Assembly (NCBI RefSeq): GCF_030144855.1
Contig: NC_082710.1
Location: 50,034,001-50,098,000 of the forward strand
Direction: 5' to 3'
Source: Hypanus sabinus
Taxonomy: Eukaryota
DNA length: 64,000 nucleotides
The notes beneath the pieces were generated by a model. It had not been told where the DNA came from, made no database searches, and worked only from the letters and a program-made list of their open reading frames with translations. The position numbers and the translations under genes are program-made. The first letter of the stretch is position 1. Every line of letters begins with the position of its first letter. Positions 11,501 through 23,880 of the stretch are shown one piece after another.

Positions 11501-12037
11501 TAGTCAGTGGTCACTTGCTCAGCTAACTCCTGTATCTAATAAAGTGACCACTGAGTGTATGTTCATGGTCATCTGCCGCTCTCGGCCATCCACTTCAAGG
11601 TTCGACATACTGTCCATTCAGAAATGCACTTCTGTGCATCACTGTTGCCACACGATTATTTGAGTTTCTGTCAGCTTGAATCAGTCTGGCCATTCTTCTG
11701 ACTCTCTCATTAACAAGGCGTTTTTGCCCACAGAAGTGCTACACACTGGCTGTTTTCTTTTCTTTCTAACACCATCCTCTATAAACTCCAGAGACTGTTG
11801 TGCGTGAAACTCCCAGATCAGCAGTTTCTGAGATGTCCAAACCGTTCCATTTGGCACCATCAGTCATTCCACAAAGTCACTTAAATCACTCCTTCCCCAT
11901 TCTGACGTGTGGTCTGAAGAACAACTGAACCTCTTGACCATGTCTGCATGCTTTATGCACCGAATTACTGGCACATGATTGACTGATTAGATTTTGCATT
12001 AACAAGCAGGTGTACCTAATAATGTGGGCACTGAGTG
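11501..12037 (-). mobile_element. Tc1-derived non-autonomous element (MITE) with transposase N-terminal remnant
   Basis: TIRs of the CACTCAGTGGCCACTTTATTAGG type occur at 11501, 11535-11557 and 12014-12037, with a TA flank. The minus strand gives degenerate MG..DLSDF...ISETADL.GxSRTTVSGVYRGW (Tc1 paired-like HTH). Confidence 0.85.
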
Positions 12038-12052
12038 TATATCACAAGCTCT

Positions 12053-12058
12053 TTTATT
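12053..12058 (-). terminator. Candidate polyadenylation signal AATAAA for the minus-strand gene
   Basis: Minus-strand AATAAA preceded by U-rich and TGTA-containing sequence (TTTTTGTACAG, CTGTATA), at the end of a TE-poor stretch downstream of the 14531 stop. Confidence 0.4.
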
Positions 12059-12999
12059 CAGCAGATATACAGTTTTAAACATCATTTTATGGGATCCCTC
12101 TCAATTATACAGCAATGCAATGTGATACCGATGTACTATAGTAATAAAGATCAGCACACAAATCATAATTTTCTGTACAAAAAGTGTATCCTAATTTCTC
12201 AAGTAGTCACAGATGGTAATAACTGTTTTTTCAGTACACTGATACCTTGCTTTTGCCATCCAGTACAGCACTGATTTGCACTCTTGGCGCTGGATCCAAT
12301 CACTATAATGGCACTGTACTTAATAAAGAAATCTGCTCAGATGCTTATTTCTGAACCAGGGGCACAACTCTGCCCCAATGATGCTCTTGCATCAATAAAA
12401 CAGTTAACTTTTCGTTACAGGGCTCAAAGGATTACTGATGTGATGTATATATGGATGGACACTGGGATTCAGCACTTAGATACAATGCTTGGGGGGTGCA
12501 CAGTTAGCACGACCCATTATGAAGGACTGGTAGTGGTAGCTGTATAGGTCTACAGTCTGCTGAAACTCCAGTCTCCCTTCATCGGCTCTTGCCGGCTGGT
12601 GACAACTCCTTACCGCCAAGAAACCATGAATTGGAGAGAACCACAAGCCAAACAGAGGAAGAGTGAGCAGTTTCTGTTTCATACCATGGGAAATGGCAAG
12701 ACAGATTGTATGATATGAACATTCTGTGAACATGGAGCAGCCGCTCGTCCTCAGCAATGGGCTACACTCACCCTGCTGGACCCACATCTTTGTGCCGAGC
12801 AGCCTGGCCCAGCCAATGCCATTCCTTACAAGTGGCTTCAGACATTTACTTCACACTCACCTGTGTGGCAGTAAGACCCATTTAACTGCTGCCTTGTTGC
12901 GGAAATGCCATTGAAGGGCTGAGCCCCCAACCAAACTCCCAGCACAACAACACAGGTCCACACCAGGATCCCAGTGCATTTACACAAGCTGCTCTAATG

Positions 13000-13185
13000 A
13001 CAGACTAAAGAAAAATCTGCAGATGCTAGAAATCCAAGCAACACACACAAAATGCTGGAGGAACTCGGCAGGCCGGCCGAGACGTCTTGCTGAAAGGTCT
13101 TGGCCCGAGACGTCGACTGTACTGTTCTCCCCCACAGATGCTGCATGGCTTGCTCAGTTCCTCCAGCATGTTGTGTGTGTTGCTG
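13000..13185. mobile_element. Penelope pLTR-derived fold-back element with degenerate hammerhead core
   Basis: Arms 13037-13065 and 13156-13184 are 28/29 complementary. The loop contains TTGCTGAAAGGTCTTGGCCCGAGACGTCGAC. Confidence 0.8.
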
Positions 13186-14530
13186 TTTCAATGAGCCTTT
13201 TCAGAGCTGATTGTTGCTGGGAACTCATCCTGGTACTTGCAGTAGGAAACACTGAAGCATCCAGATATCATTTATTACAATGATAGCTTGATTTAAATCA
13301 AGCTAGAAATTGAGCAGCATCAGTATTGACTCAGTCTGCTGCCACTTGTAATAGATGAATTTATTTTCATTTGCAGAAGAGAAAACATTTAAACAGAAGG
13401 AGGAAATATTTTCTACATAGCAAATTCAACAATCATGTGGTCTAGGCAGGGGACAGTCAGCTGAGTCTCATCTATGCTCTCTTTGAAGACTTCCAATTAG
13501 AGATTAGAATTTCTGAATTTATCCAAAGAGACTGTTAGGAAAAAACCTACAGTGGCATACAAGGATTGTATGCAGTCTGAGACTGCTTGTGATTGAGTCC
13601 TTAAATCAAAATATTGTAGGTTTTACTAATTGTGTAATACAGACTCTACTTAAGAAATGTCAGTATGCAAGAAATATGCAAAACCAGGGCAAATGAAAGC
13701 TCAAAAAGACTGATAGGGGGAAATAGTGCCCTTAGCCCACCTCTTCTCCTTGACCGATCAATAAATTCCACTTTAATTGCTGAGCTCACACATAAAGAAT
13801 GCCCCCACAGGCAAGATGTTGGAGGAGGGCCAATTTCATGGAAGTGTCCCACTGCTGACAAGAGAAAAAATGAGGGGATGAAATTGGTATTCTCCCCCAG
13901 CTGAAAAAACAACTAGAATATGTACTGTAATACTCATGAGGTTTAAATAAACATTTCTCGCATGCCGATTTGGTTAATTTTTTCTCCTACCCTTTCAGTT
14001 TTCTTCTCTTAAGCTAAGTAACTTTGCCAATTCCCATTTCTTACTAGTTTTCTCTTGCAATGCTGTACATCCATATTGTTTAATTTACCCATCAGCTTGT
14101 GGTCCCAATTTCCCCTCCTGTAGTGCAGAGACTGAAGCTAAATCTAATTCTGACTGATGACGAGACTGAGGTGAACAAACTGAGAGAGAATCAGGAAACC
14201 ACTTTCTGTCAATGACTGGATTAGAAATCCCAGCTTGGCATGTTTTGAATAGAAAAGATTGAGTGATTTCACTTAGACAAGCCAGGACAGCAGATGGCAG
14301 TGCACCAGGTTAGCGCACCATGCCTGCAGCTTTGGGATTCGAATTTAGATTTAGCTCAAGCTCAGTCAAGAAATGGAATCAGGATATGTTGATTCAAACA
14401 GCCCTACTTAAAATTAGCTGGCAGACACAACTAAGTTATTAAAGAGTATGTCCACAAAAGAAGATTATGCGTCGACAAGTATTTTACTTAGAAGCCATAA
14501 AAAATGGCAAAGGGAAGATTTTGGTGAAGG

Positions 14531-14682
14531 TCACTTGATGCAAGGAAGCAGCATGGTGCTGGTTCCAGATACGGTGGTGGACTTGCATGTGTTCTTGATA
14601 ATGGTGTAGCCAATACTATCTTCGCCAGGGCACATCACAGAGCTGGAAGACTCGCTCAGATCACGTGGGAGCTTCTTCACAA
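14531..14682 (-). CDS. Probable terminal coding exon (phase 1) xVKKLPRDLSESSSSVMCPGEDSIGYTIIKNTCKSTTVSGTSTMLLPCIK* of an unidentified host gene
   Basis: Strong acceptor ATTTTATGTCTCTGCTTCCAG. 49 open codons, rich in C/G-ending codons and CpGs against an AT-rich background, run to TGA. The segment is non-repetitive, and a TE-poor tract with AATAAA signals follows. Confidence 0.6.
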
Positions 14683-14761
14683 CTGGAAGCAGAGACATAA
14701 AATGTGGGGAATAGGGGCTACGTTGAATGAATGTATGGATTACATGAAAATTACTCATAAC

Positions 14762-16100
14762 AAATTCCTAGTAAATTTATTGTCAATGTACATACATATC
14801 ACCATATACAACCCTGAGATTAATTTTATTGTGAGTATATTCAATAAATCCATAATAGAACAATAACTATAATAGAATCAATGAAAGACCGCACCAACTT
14901 GGGCATTCAACTAGGGTGCAAAAGACAATAAACTGAGCAAATACAAAAAGAAACAAATCATAATAATAAATAAACAAACAATAAATTGAAAACATGAGAT
15001 GCGGGAACATTCTAATGATGAGGTAAGTGAAGCTGACTCCTGAGTCTTCTGTACCTTCTTCCTGATGGCAGCAGTGAGAAGACAGTGTAGCCTAGTTAAC
15101 ATGGGTCCCTGATGATGGATGGTGCTTTGCTGCAACCACGCTTCATGCATTGCGTTCAATAAGGGGAAGGGGCTTTACCCGTGAATGATTGGCTATATCC
15201 ATTATTTTTGTAGGGATTTCCGTTCAAGGGGATTGGGGTTTCTATAGCAGGCTGTGATATAGTCTGTCAATACACTCTGCACCACACAGCTATAGAAGTT
15301 TGCCAAAGTTTAAAATGTCACACCCACAAACTCCTAAGGAAGAAGAAGCATTACTGTGCTTTCTTCGTAATTGCACCTACACGCTGGGCCCAGGACAGGT
15401 CCACTGAAATGATCACACAGAGGAATTTAAAATAGCTGACCCTCTTCACCTCTGATCACCCAATGAGAACACAGACCTCTGGGTTTCCCCTCCCAATGTC
15501 AATAGCCATCTCCTTAGTTTTGCTGACATTGAGTAAGAGGCTGTTGTGGCACCACTCAGCCAGATTTTCATCTCCTTCCTATATTCTGATTCATCACCAA
15601 CTTTGATTTGGCCAAAGACAATGGTGACATCAGCAAATTTAAATATGGCATTGGAGCTGTGCTTAGGCTCACATTCACAAGAGAGTAGGGCAGAGCACCA
15701 AGCACACAGCCTTGTGGTGCACCTTTTCTGAAGGAGATTGTGGAACAGGTGTTGTTGCTAATACGAACTCACTGAGGTCTGCAAGTGAGGAAATAAGAGT
15801 ATCTAACTGCACAATGAGGTACTGAGACCTCGGTCTTGAAGCTTATTAATTCGTTTTGATGGGATGTATTGAATACTGAGCCATAGTTGATAAATGGCAT
15901 CTTAATGTATGTATCTTTGCTGTCCAGATGTTCCAGGGTTGAGCCAATGAGATGGCATCTGCTGTGGACCTGTTGCACCAGGAGGCAAATTGGAGCAGAT
16001 CCAAGTTGCTTCTCAAGCAGGAGTTTGATAGGTTTCTTCACCAACCTCTCAAAACACTTCATCACTACGGATGCAAATGCTACTGGATGAGAGACATTCA
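14762..16100 (-). mobile_element. Rex1/Babar-type LINE fragment (RT region to 3'UTR)
   Basis: ORF 15769-16101 has PVAFASVVMKCFERLVK and LEHLDSKDTYIKM. The minus strand also has IFKFADVTIVFG. Confidence 0.85.
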
Positions 16101-17424
16101 TTGAGTGACTAACAAATTACTACACATCACCGACGAGTACTCTATGCATAGACCTGCATCTAAATTGCCAAATTATGTCATCTCCATACCCTTTAAAGTA
16201 TCTTATACCACAATTTTATATTTAAGGCTAAAAAGTATTCATATAAAATACAGCAAAAATAACTGAATTACTGTACTCAACATGACATTAAGCACCACAG
16301 CAGAACAGATGTTGTTGTTAATCAGCTGACAAATACAATGTCTGTAAGTATAAACATAAATAAACTAAAATATATAATCACATTTGTTTTGCATAACACT
16401 TGAAATAAAATTCAATGTTCAAGCTTATTTTGTAAAACAATTGTTCAGCCAGTTGCATGAAAATTGTGGATGCATGAATGCAAGTGAGTTTACTGTAAAG
16501 CTATCTCCATTTGGATTATCTTTGTGAAACATCAAGTGGCAATGTGCATTAAACTAATTTTTATTGGACAGTGGATTAACAGATCCCTAATACATTGTTA
16601 TTAAATTAGAGGATATACTTTTATATTGATCATCAGTTCTGTTCATCTTTTCAATTGCAAATGCAGATTCATTTAAGGGCAATAAGGTAAAAGCAAGTAC
16701 ACATTATTCTTCATTTGAAGCTCAGTGTTTAGTACATTGTGATATCCAGACCACTGATATATACAAAATGATGAATTTGTTTCTTATGCAGTTTGGATTA
16801 CCGTGTGTAACAACCAAAATGTCTCATCTCGCAACCATGGCAATAGCAAATTATATCAGTTATATCAAACAGTCTATTTTCAAAGTTGTCCCTTTTTTGA
16901 GTTATTACTACCTCCCATTTATTTGTAATCTCTATTAGTTTTGATATTTTGGGTGATTTCAAATGTGATATGGCCCTTTGTATACTAATCAGAATCAACT
17001 CTACATAATATTCACAATGGATGCCAATGACAAGCTTAAATTTAAGTTGCTATCACTTTAAGTGCATTCAGACTTTCAGTTCATTGTTTTGAATAGGCAA
17101 TGCTAGACAGTGAGTGCTTTCCTCTCTGGCAATGTTGAGTAATTCTCTCTGGGAAAAGTCTGGTTCACATGTGGTGTGCAAAGTATTTGCAATGACGAAG
17201 CAATGTACAGAGACCTATTCTGGGAAAGGAAACTTCATGACGGCATCTATATCAGTATCAGACAGGAAGCTTTCTTTAATTACAATTACAAGACACATGC
17301 ACATAATTCTTGGTTTACCATACACATCTTGAAAATCCACTTAGCAGTCTTTATACAAAGCGTTTCTTGGATTAATTGAAGTATTAGAAAGTTCACATGG
17401 TACAGATGAAAATCGATTTAAATA

Positions 17425-17612
17425 AAACACACACACACACAAAATGCTGGAGGAAATCAGGTCCAGCAGCATCTACGGAAATGAATAGTCAATGTTTTGG
17501 ACCAAGAACCTTCAACAAATCTGGAAAGGAAAGGGGAAGATGCCAGAATAAAATGTTGGGGAAGGGTAAAGAGGATAGTTAGGTGATAGCTGAAGCCAGG
17601 TGGGTAGGAAAG
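17425..17612 (-). mobile_element. Penelope-like pLTR fragment
   Basis: CACACAAAATGCTGGAGGAA terminus followed by a purine-rich tract, as at 6495-6880. Confidence 0.7.
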
Positions 17613-17615
17613 AAT

Positions 17616-17640
17616 ACACACACACACACACACACACACA
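17616..17640. repeat. (CA)n microsatellite
   Basis: About 12 AC units seen directly. Confidence 0.95.
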
Positions 17641-17644
17641 GTAT

Positions 17645-18326
17645 GCGTAACAAATTTGAGTAACAAATTATGTATTTAAATGAAATAGAAAAACTGGAAC
17701 ACTACCAATGCTACTACAGTACAATAAAAGTATGTATGTTCCTAATACTTATCGAGTGAAGGATTCATCCATGTCATGTTCTTTTGACTGCAAATGAACA
17801 AAATCAGTGCAGCCACAAAGTGCAAATAATGGACTGCCTTCATACAGTGCTGTTGATAACTGCATCCTTCAAATCTTCATTTTCATTATAACATTCAGGA
17901 CTATTACTGATACCTTCAAATTCTTCATAGTTTCTGATTTGTTGCAGAAATGAAATTGTTTCATTTTCACTCCTGGCCATTTCCAGCCTGAATGCTTGAA
18001 ACTACAGTGAGCAAAACAGTTCTGGATTGTCCAACTACATATTTCTCACCAAGATTCAGTGATAAAAATCGGTGCTTTATGAACACAAACACATGCAACT
18101 GATGCTATTTAAAAACTGTTTGCTCAAAGTACAATGTAATGTTTAACAGTCACACAAGTACAACGACTGGTGCTAGTTAGAAGCTGTTCAGCAGCAGTCT
18201 CCTGCCTCAATTAAGTGGCATTGTGGCCTTAACTAAACAAAGGAAATTTTGCTATTTTCTTGATTACTTTTTGTTTCTAAGAGTTGTGCCAAGTAAGTGA
18301 CTATCCTGATTAACTGGAATCCACTA
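17645..18326 (+). mobile_element. pogo/Tigger-type MITE lacking one end
   Basis: Ends in CCTGATTAACTGGAATCCACTA, matching the TIR type at 11380-11401, and shares interior sequence with 11200-11280. Confidence 0.65.
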
Positions 18327-18959
18327 CAGATATGTAAATGAATTGAAATGAGAGTTTTTAAATTATCACTGTAATATCCTAGCTTGCATATAGCATATTT
18401 AACATTTATAAACTAAAGGACAAGTTTTACTAACTTTTTTTTACAAAAGGGAAGATTTTTTTTTACAATTGTAAGGGAATACATATTTATTCCATCAACC
18501 TTGCCAATTGCTATCAAGATGTGCATGATATTGATAAAGGTAACTTAGTGCAACATGTTTGTGTCACAGGGAACTGAGGAAACATGGCAATCACAACACA
18601 GCGTTAATTATAAATCTTAACCATTGATCAACCAATCAAGTTTTCATTTACTTGCTCTCTCTATGTAAGAGTGGTGATCCATTTGTGAATACTGCAATCA
18701 ACCACAAATTTCAAAAAGATGCGAGCACACTCCTGATGTATTGCATGTACTATGAATTAGATAAAAGAGATAATTGGAGAGGCAAGTTCTACATAGGGAA
18801 ACTCTTTCTGTAAAGGAGACTGATTATGAAAGGAAACACAATGGGACTTCACAGTGACAAAAACAAAATCTGAAAAATATCCTGACTTCTCAGAAAATCG
18901 GTAATAAAAATTTAACTAACAGTAATAATTTTACTAATTTATATGTGCAGCAAACTCTT

Positions 18960-19800
18960 GAAATTTGTGGAGGATGTTGGCCATTTGCATAAACTATGAT
19001 AATCTGGAATCAGATTGTTCAGAAATTCTAATGGCCTGGCATCGACTTCGCTCATTAATACAGAATGAGATTTAAGAGTCAAGACTTCAAGGGGGTATGC
19101 AGCCAGATCCGGGGTTGCAAATGGAATGGAACATTGTGTAGTCATCAGTAAGCATCATTAAATTATTATTTTCTCAAATTTAGAGATACAGTGCAGAGTA
19201 GGCCTTTCCAGCCCTTTGAGAAGCAACCCCCAACAAGCCCGATTTAACCCCAATCTAATCACGGGACAATTAACAATGACCAATTGTGCTACTTGGTAAA
19301 TCTTTGGATTATCTGGTGGGGGGGGGGGTGCAGATCACCCAGAGAAAACCTATGCATTCCAAGGGGAGGATGTACATAGACTCCATACTGAGGATGCCAG
19401 GATCAAACTCCGAACTCTGACGCCCCAAGCTGTAATAGTGTCGCGCTAACCGCTAAGCTACTGTGGCCCCCGTTCAGACCTTACGATGGAAGGAACAGAA
19501 TTGAAGATGGCTGTATTTGGGCCAATGACCTAAAGAATTACCACACTAATAATCTGGGGATGGGACGATTATTACAATCAAAGTAATTAGAATACAATTA
19601 AAATATTGCTATCTTTTTCATTTGTACAATTTATGACCCCATCCATTGACATGTTTTTCACCTGATACCCAACAACTCCAGTTTTACATGAGCTTCTGCG
19701 CATGACATTCAGTCAAATGCTGACTTGATGTCAAGGACAGTCATTCTCACCTCAGTCTTTTTTTTAACCAATTTTCATTCCGCATTATAATGTCATATAA
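18960..19800 (-). mobile_element. Ancient CR1/L2-group LINE RT remnant, split by a SINE
   Basis: Minus strand gives MLTDDYTMF (FADD motif) and TVLDIKSAFD. Homologous to 42740-44000. Confidence 0.6.
19178..19470 (-). mobile_element. V-SINE/HE1-like tRNA-derived SINE
   Basis: The minus strand starts GGGGCCACAGTAGCTTAGCGGTTAGC (A box) and has GGAGTTTGATCC (B box), a central domain and a CR1-like 3' tail. Confidence 0.8.
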
Positions 19801-20929
19801 AATCTGGTATTAGTTCCAACATGGATTAAGCTGATACTGGGTTAGACTTATTGTGTGAAGCCAATTCAAGAAGAAAGAAAAATAGCTACTGTCTATAAAC
19901 TGCAATTCTCCTCTTGAATGCTCTATGTTTTTTTACTGCTACATAAAATTACACATGGCAACATATACAGATTGCTTAGTTACTTATTGAGCACTGTAAA
20001 TTTGTTGCAATTACCCTTTGCGACAGTAGGATTTAGATGCCGAGTCATAATACCATTACTAGTTGCTTACATAGTCCCTTCCATTTTCTGCAGTTCAACA
20101 GATTACACTTTACTTCTAAAATTAGTAAATTATTTTCTTTATTTGTTGAAATCGTCAAGTATTGTTCACTGTTTTCAGTAGCCTTGCTAACACTATAGTA
20201 GCTTTGTGGTTAATAGGAACAAATATGACTTTAGTATTTTCCTCTGTTTTCTCAATTGCAATAAAAACATTTTAACTACAGTTACATTGGCATAGTATTA
20301 CATAAAGATAAAAGATAGCCCTGGGATTTCAACTACTGGCTGTCTAAAAAGATAAATAATTCAATGGCCATGAGCCAATGTAGTTACCTATTCTTGAAAT
20401 AAAGTGCAGCTGATCCATTGCCCTGACAGTTCCAACCACTGCTGGGATGGTCCCACCTGTACAGATGCCATTTGCTCATGTTTAAGTGTTGTTGATCACT
20501 ACTGGTGAACAAGGCAACTCTGAGACCACCACAGCCAAAAGTCTCCATATTCTCTCGTACATCTTCCGGGACAACTCAACCGACTGACTGAAGTTCTGTT
20601 GGAATTTGCTCATTCCCAGCACAGCTGTATTCTGGTTATCTCTAGCAACCCAATATGAAAAAATATGAATTTGATACAAACCAAAGACCAAATATTATTG
20701 CCATGCATGACTCTGCACTCCCTCAGCTTGTCAGGAATTTATTTCCAGGATAATCTATCTCCCATTTCTACTTTTCATATCTACTTTCTAAGTAACCCAA
20801 ATGAACGGCCATTGTTATTGATTATATATAATAAATTCTTTGGATTCTAAGCAGTATGGCACAAAGGGTCAATATTATTTTCTTCCATTATATTTATCAT
20901 TTTCTGAATAAATAAACATAATCAAAAGA

Positions 20930-21400
20930 AACAGGAATAGACCATGTACATCTCAATGTTATGACTCTGCCATACAGTATTGTTGCTGTGTTGAGCTTGG
21001 CCTCAGTTCCACTTTCCTGCCTGCTCCCCATAAAGCTCAAAGCCTCTAAAAACAAAAAAAAGTTTACCACCACCTCAAAAGCATTCTCGTTGTGCTCCAC
21101 CTGTTTTCCCACCCATCTTTATATTATTTACAAATTTGGCTGCAATACTTGTGGTTCCTTCAACTCTTAACTGCACATCAGAAAAAAAATTAAGGACCAA
21201 GCATTACTACATTCCCCTGATATTAGAAGGATGCATTTACCCCAGGCCTCAATTTTCTGCTGCTTACCTAATTCTCTAATGATTCTAACAATTACTCCCA
21301 ATCCCAAGCTGCTGGGACCTTCCAAGAATCAAAGAAATTTTGGAAGATTAAAACCAATGTAGCAGCTAGCTCTGAAAAAGCTATCTGTGAAATGGTAACT
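20930..21400 (-). mobile_element. Old CR1 fragments
   Basis: Reverse complement of CR1 3' end features (CCTCAGTTCCACTTTCCTGCC...CCCCATA). Confidence 0.45.
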
Positions 21401-21569
21401 CTGCAAAACAGCAGCTTATGAAAATTAAGTCAATTTTCTTCATTATACAGGGGTGGAGGTTTATTCAATGCTGAAGGTTAGAAGCTAAAATTATTTTCCT
21501 TTTACACAGCTAGGAATTCCAGTGAAGCGAAATCCTGCCTTCAGTTGATGTCACACAAGCGACTGAGGG

Positions 21570-22520
21570 CAAGATTTGGTAGAAAGCAGGGGGTGATCAG
21601 CAAAGGTTGTTTCTTGGGCTGAAGGACTGGAACTAATGGTTGCCACAAAGTTCAGTGCTTTGTCGTTTGTTATATTATATAACATATTTATATATTATAT
21701 ATAATTGGGATGTATATGTACAAGGGATAGATTGCAGATGACACTAAACAGATAGTATCGTAGAGAATGATGAAGGTTATCAAAATATCAGGTGGACCTT
21801 GATCAGCAAGGTTTGGCAAATGGCTTTCAATTCTGATAAGTGTGAGGCATTGCATTTTGAGAAGTCAAACTAGGGTACGAATTGTAGAGTGAATGGTTAC
21901 ACCAATGGTCCTCTGTTAGGGGATGGAGGAACCTTTACAGTTTGGTAAAAACAATGTGACTGGTAGAGTGGAGAAGGAGGAGTATGGGACGCTAGCCTTC
22001 AGGGCATTGAGTATAGGAGCGGAGACATTATGTTGCAGTTGTACATAACATTGGTGAGACTGCTGTTGGAGGATGGTGTACAGCTTTGATCACCTTGTTA
22101 TAGCAAATACATCATTAAGCTGAAGAGTGCAGAAAGGAAATATGAGGATGCTGCCATAACTTAAGGGCCTGAGTTACAAGGGAAATGTTGGGCAGGCTAG
22201 GACTTTATTCCTTGGAACAGAGGAGATTGAAGGATGCCCTCATAGAAGTCATAACATTGTGAGAGGTACAGATAGGATGAATACACACAGTCTTTTACTC
22301 AGGGAAGGGGAGCTTTAAAACTAGAGGCCATAGGTTTAATTTGAGAGGTAAAAAGTTTAAGAGGAACCTGAAGGGAACTTCAACACAAAGAGGGTGGTGT
22401 GCACATGCCAGAGAAAGTGATTGAGGCAGATACAATAGCAACATTTAAAAGATTTGGATATGTAGATTGACAGGAGTGGTTTAGAGGGATATGGGTCAAA
22501 TGCAACAAATGGGACTAGCT
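21570..22520 (+). mobile_element. Decayed CR1 LINE (RT domain to 3' end)
   Basis: IADDTK, FNSDKCEALHFEKSN, LYITLVR and GLYSLEQRRLK motifs, with many stops and indels. Confidence 0.85.
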
Positions 22521-23009
22521 TGTTTCTGTAATATATTACTGTTTGCTCGTGTATCACTATTATATCACTTCTGTGATCATGTTCATAATTCAGTAAAATG
22601 AGGAACAATTATGGGAAAAGACAAAGATAGTAGGAGAGTGGGAGTAAAGAGGGCTAAACTGTGGCAAAAACAATTTTATCAGGCTAAGAAATTATTTTAA
22701 AGGTAAATTAATTTAAAGCAATGGGAGGAATTCAAGAAGGAAACTCATGCGGATTTAGGTAAACATGTTTCCACAATAACATTTAAAAGCATGACTAAAG
22801 TGCCAGCTCTGACAGGAGACGAAGGTTTGAAAGGAGATTACTCTAGATGCAAATGCCCTCAGACCATTTGGCAGTAAGATTATACCAATACTGACTGAAG
22901 GGCATAGGAATGCTTCTGGAGGTCCATAATGTAAGCTTGTTTGGCCTTCTGCTCCTGGCTTGCTGATGAGGACCACCATTACAAAGTACAAGGTTTGAGC
23001 CGAATTCAG

Positions 23010-23880
23010 CCCAATAGGAATCCAGCAGGAAATAATTTAGTCATGAATGTTCAGGAAAAGAAAGGTGATTGAGACATCAACTGCAGGTGTTCCTTTGGGG
23101 CAATATCTTGGCTCAACCACCTCCATCAGAGTCAGAAGAGAGGCTTTTTGGAGATAATTGTGTTAAGTTCACTTCTACTTAAGCTCCAAAATTGAAGTAG
23201 CTCATGCATGTATACAGCAAGATCCAGCCAATGTTCAAGCATGGGCTCTTAAATGGGCATTAACATTCATTCATGGCCTACAAGTAACAGGCATTGATCA
23301 TTTTCAACAACAGATTATAATCCATACCATTGGCACTAAACAGTGTCACCATGACTACATTCCTCATGGCCCTAGGAGTCACCACACTAACCAGAAACTT
23401 AATCTATCCCATTGTAAAAATGCCATGGCTACAATAGGAGGTCAGAACCTAGGTGCCCTGCTTAAGTGACTCAACTTCTACTGTCCACTATCTACATATT
23501 CCACATGTTAGGAGTGTAATGAAATATTCTTTCATTTGCTTGGGTAACTACAGCTCTAACAACACTCAAGAAACTCAACACCATCATGATTAAGCACCCC
23601 CATGCAGCACTTGAATCAATCATTCTCTCCTCCGCCAATGCACTGTATGTTCTTCAAAATGAATTGCAATCACTCAGCCAAGGGAGGTTCCCCCTCCAAG
23701 ATACACACCATTCTGATGGAAATATATTGCTGTTTCTCATCATTGCTGGGGCTAAATCCTGGAACTCTCTATCCAACGGAACCAATATCTTCAGCAGAAT
23801 AGATGCAGCAGTTCCAGGCAGTTTTTCACCATCACCTTCTTAAAGGCAATTATGGATGAGCATAATATGCCAGCAAAAAC
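23010..23880 (+). mobile_element. Ancient CR1/L2-group LINE 3' portion
   Basis: Homologous to 43150-44000. Has degenerate AGVPxGxxLG, GAKSWNSL and the tail CACCATCACCTTCTTAAAGGCAATT. Confidence 0.65.

Noticed and set aside
18950-19150. Plus-strand exon-like segment with acceptor and GTAAGC donor
   Set aside because: It has stops in all frames and is better explained as the antisense of an old LINE RT.
19380-19470. tRNA gene
   Set aside because: The A/B boxes belong to a SINE head and there is no complete cloverleaf. The same applies at 1587, 28203, 37705 and 56669.
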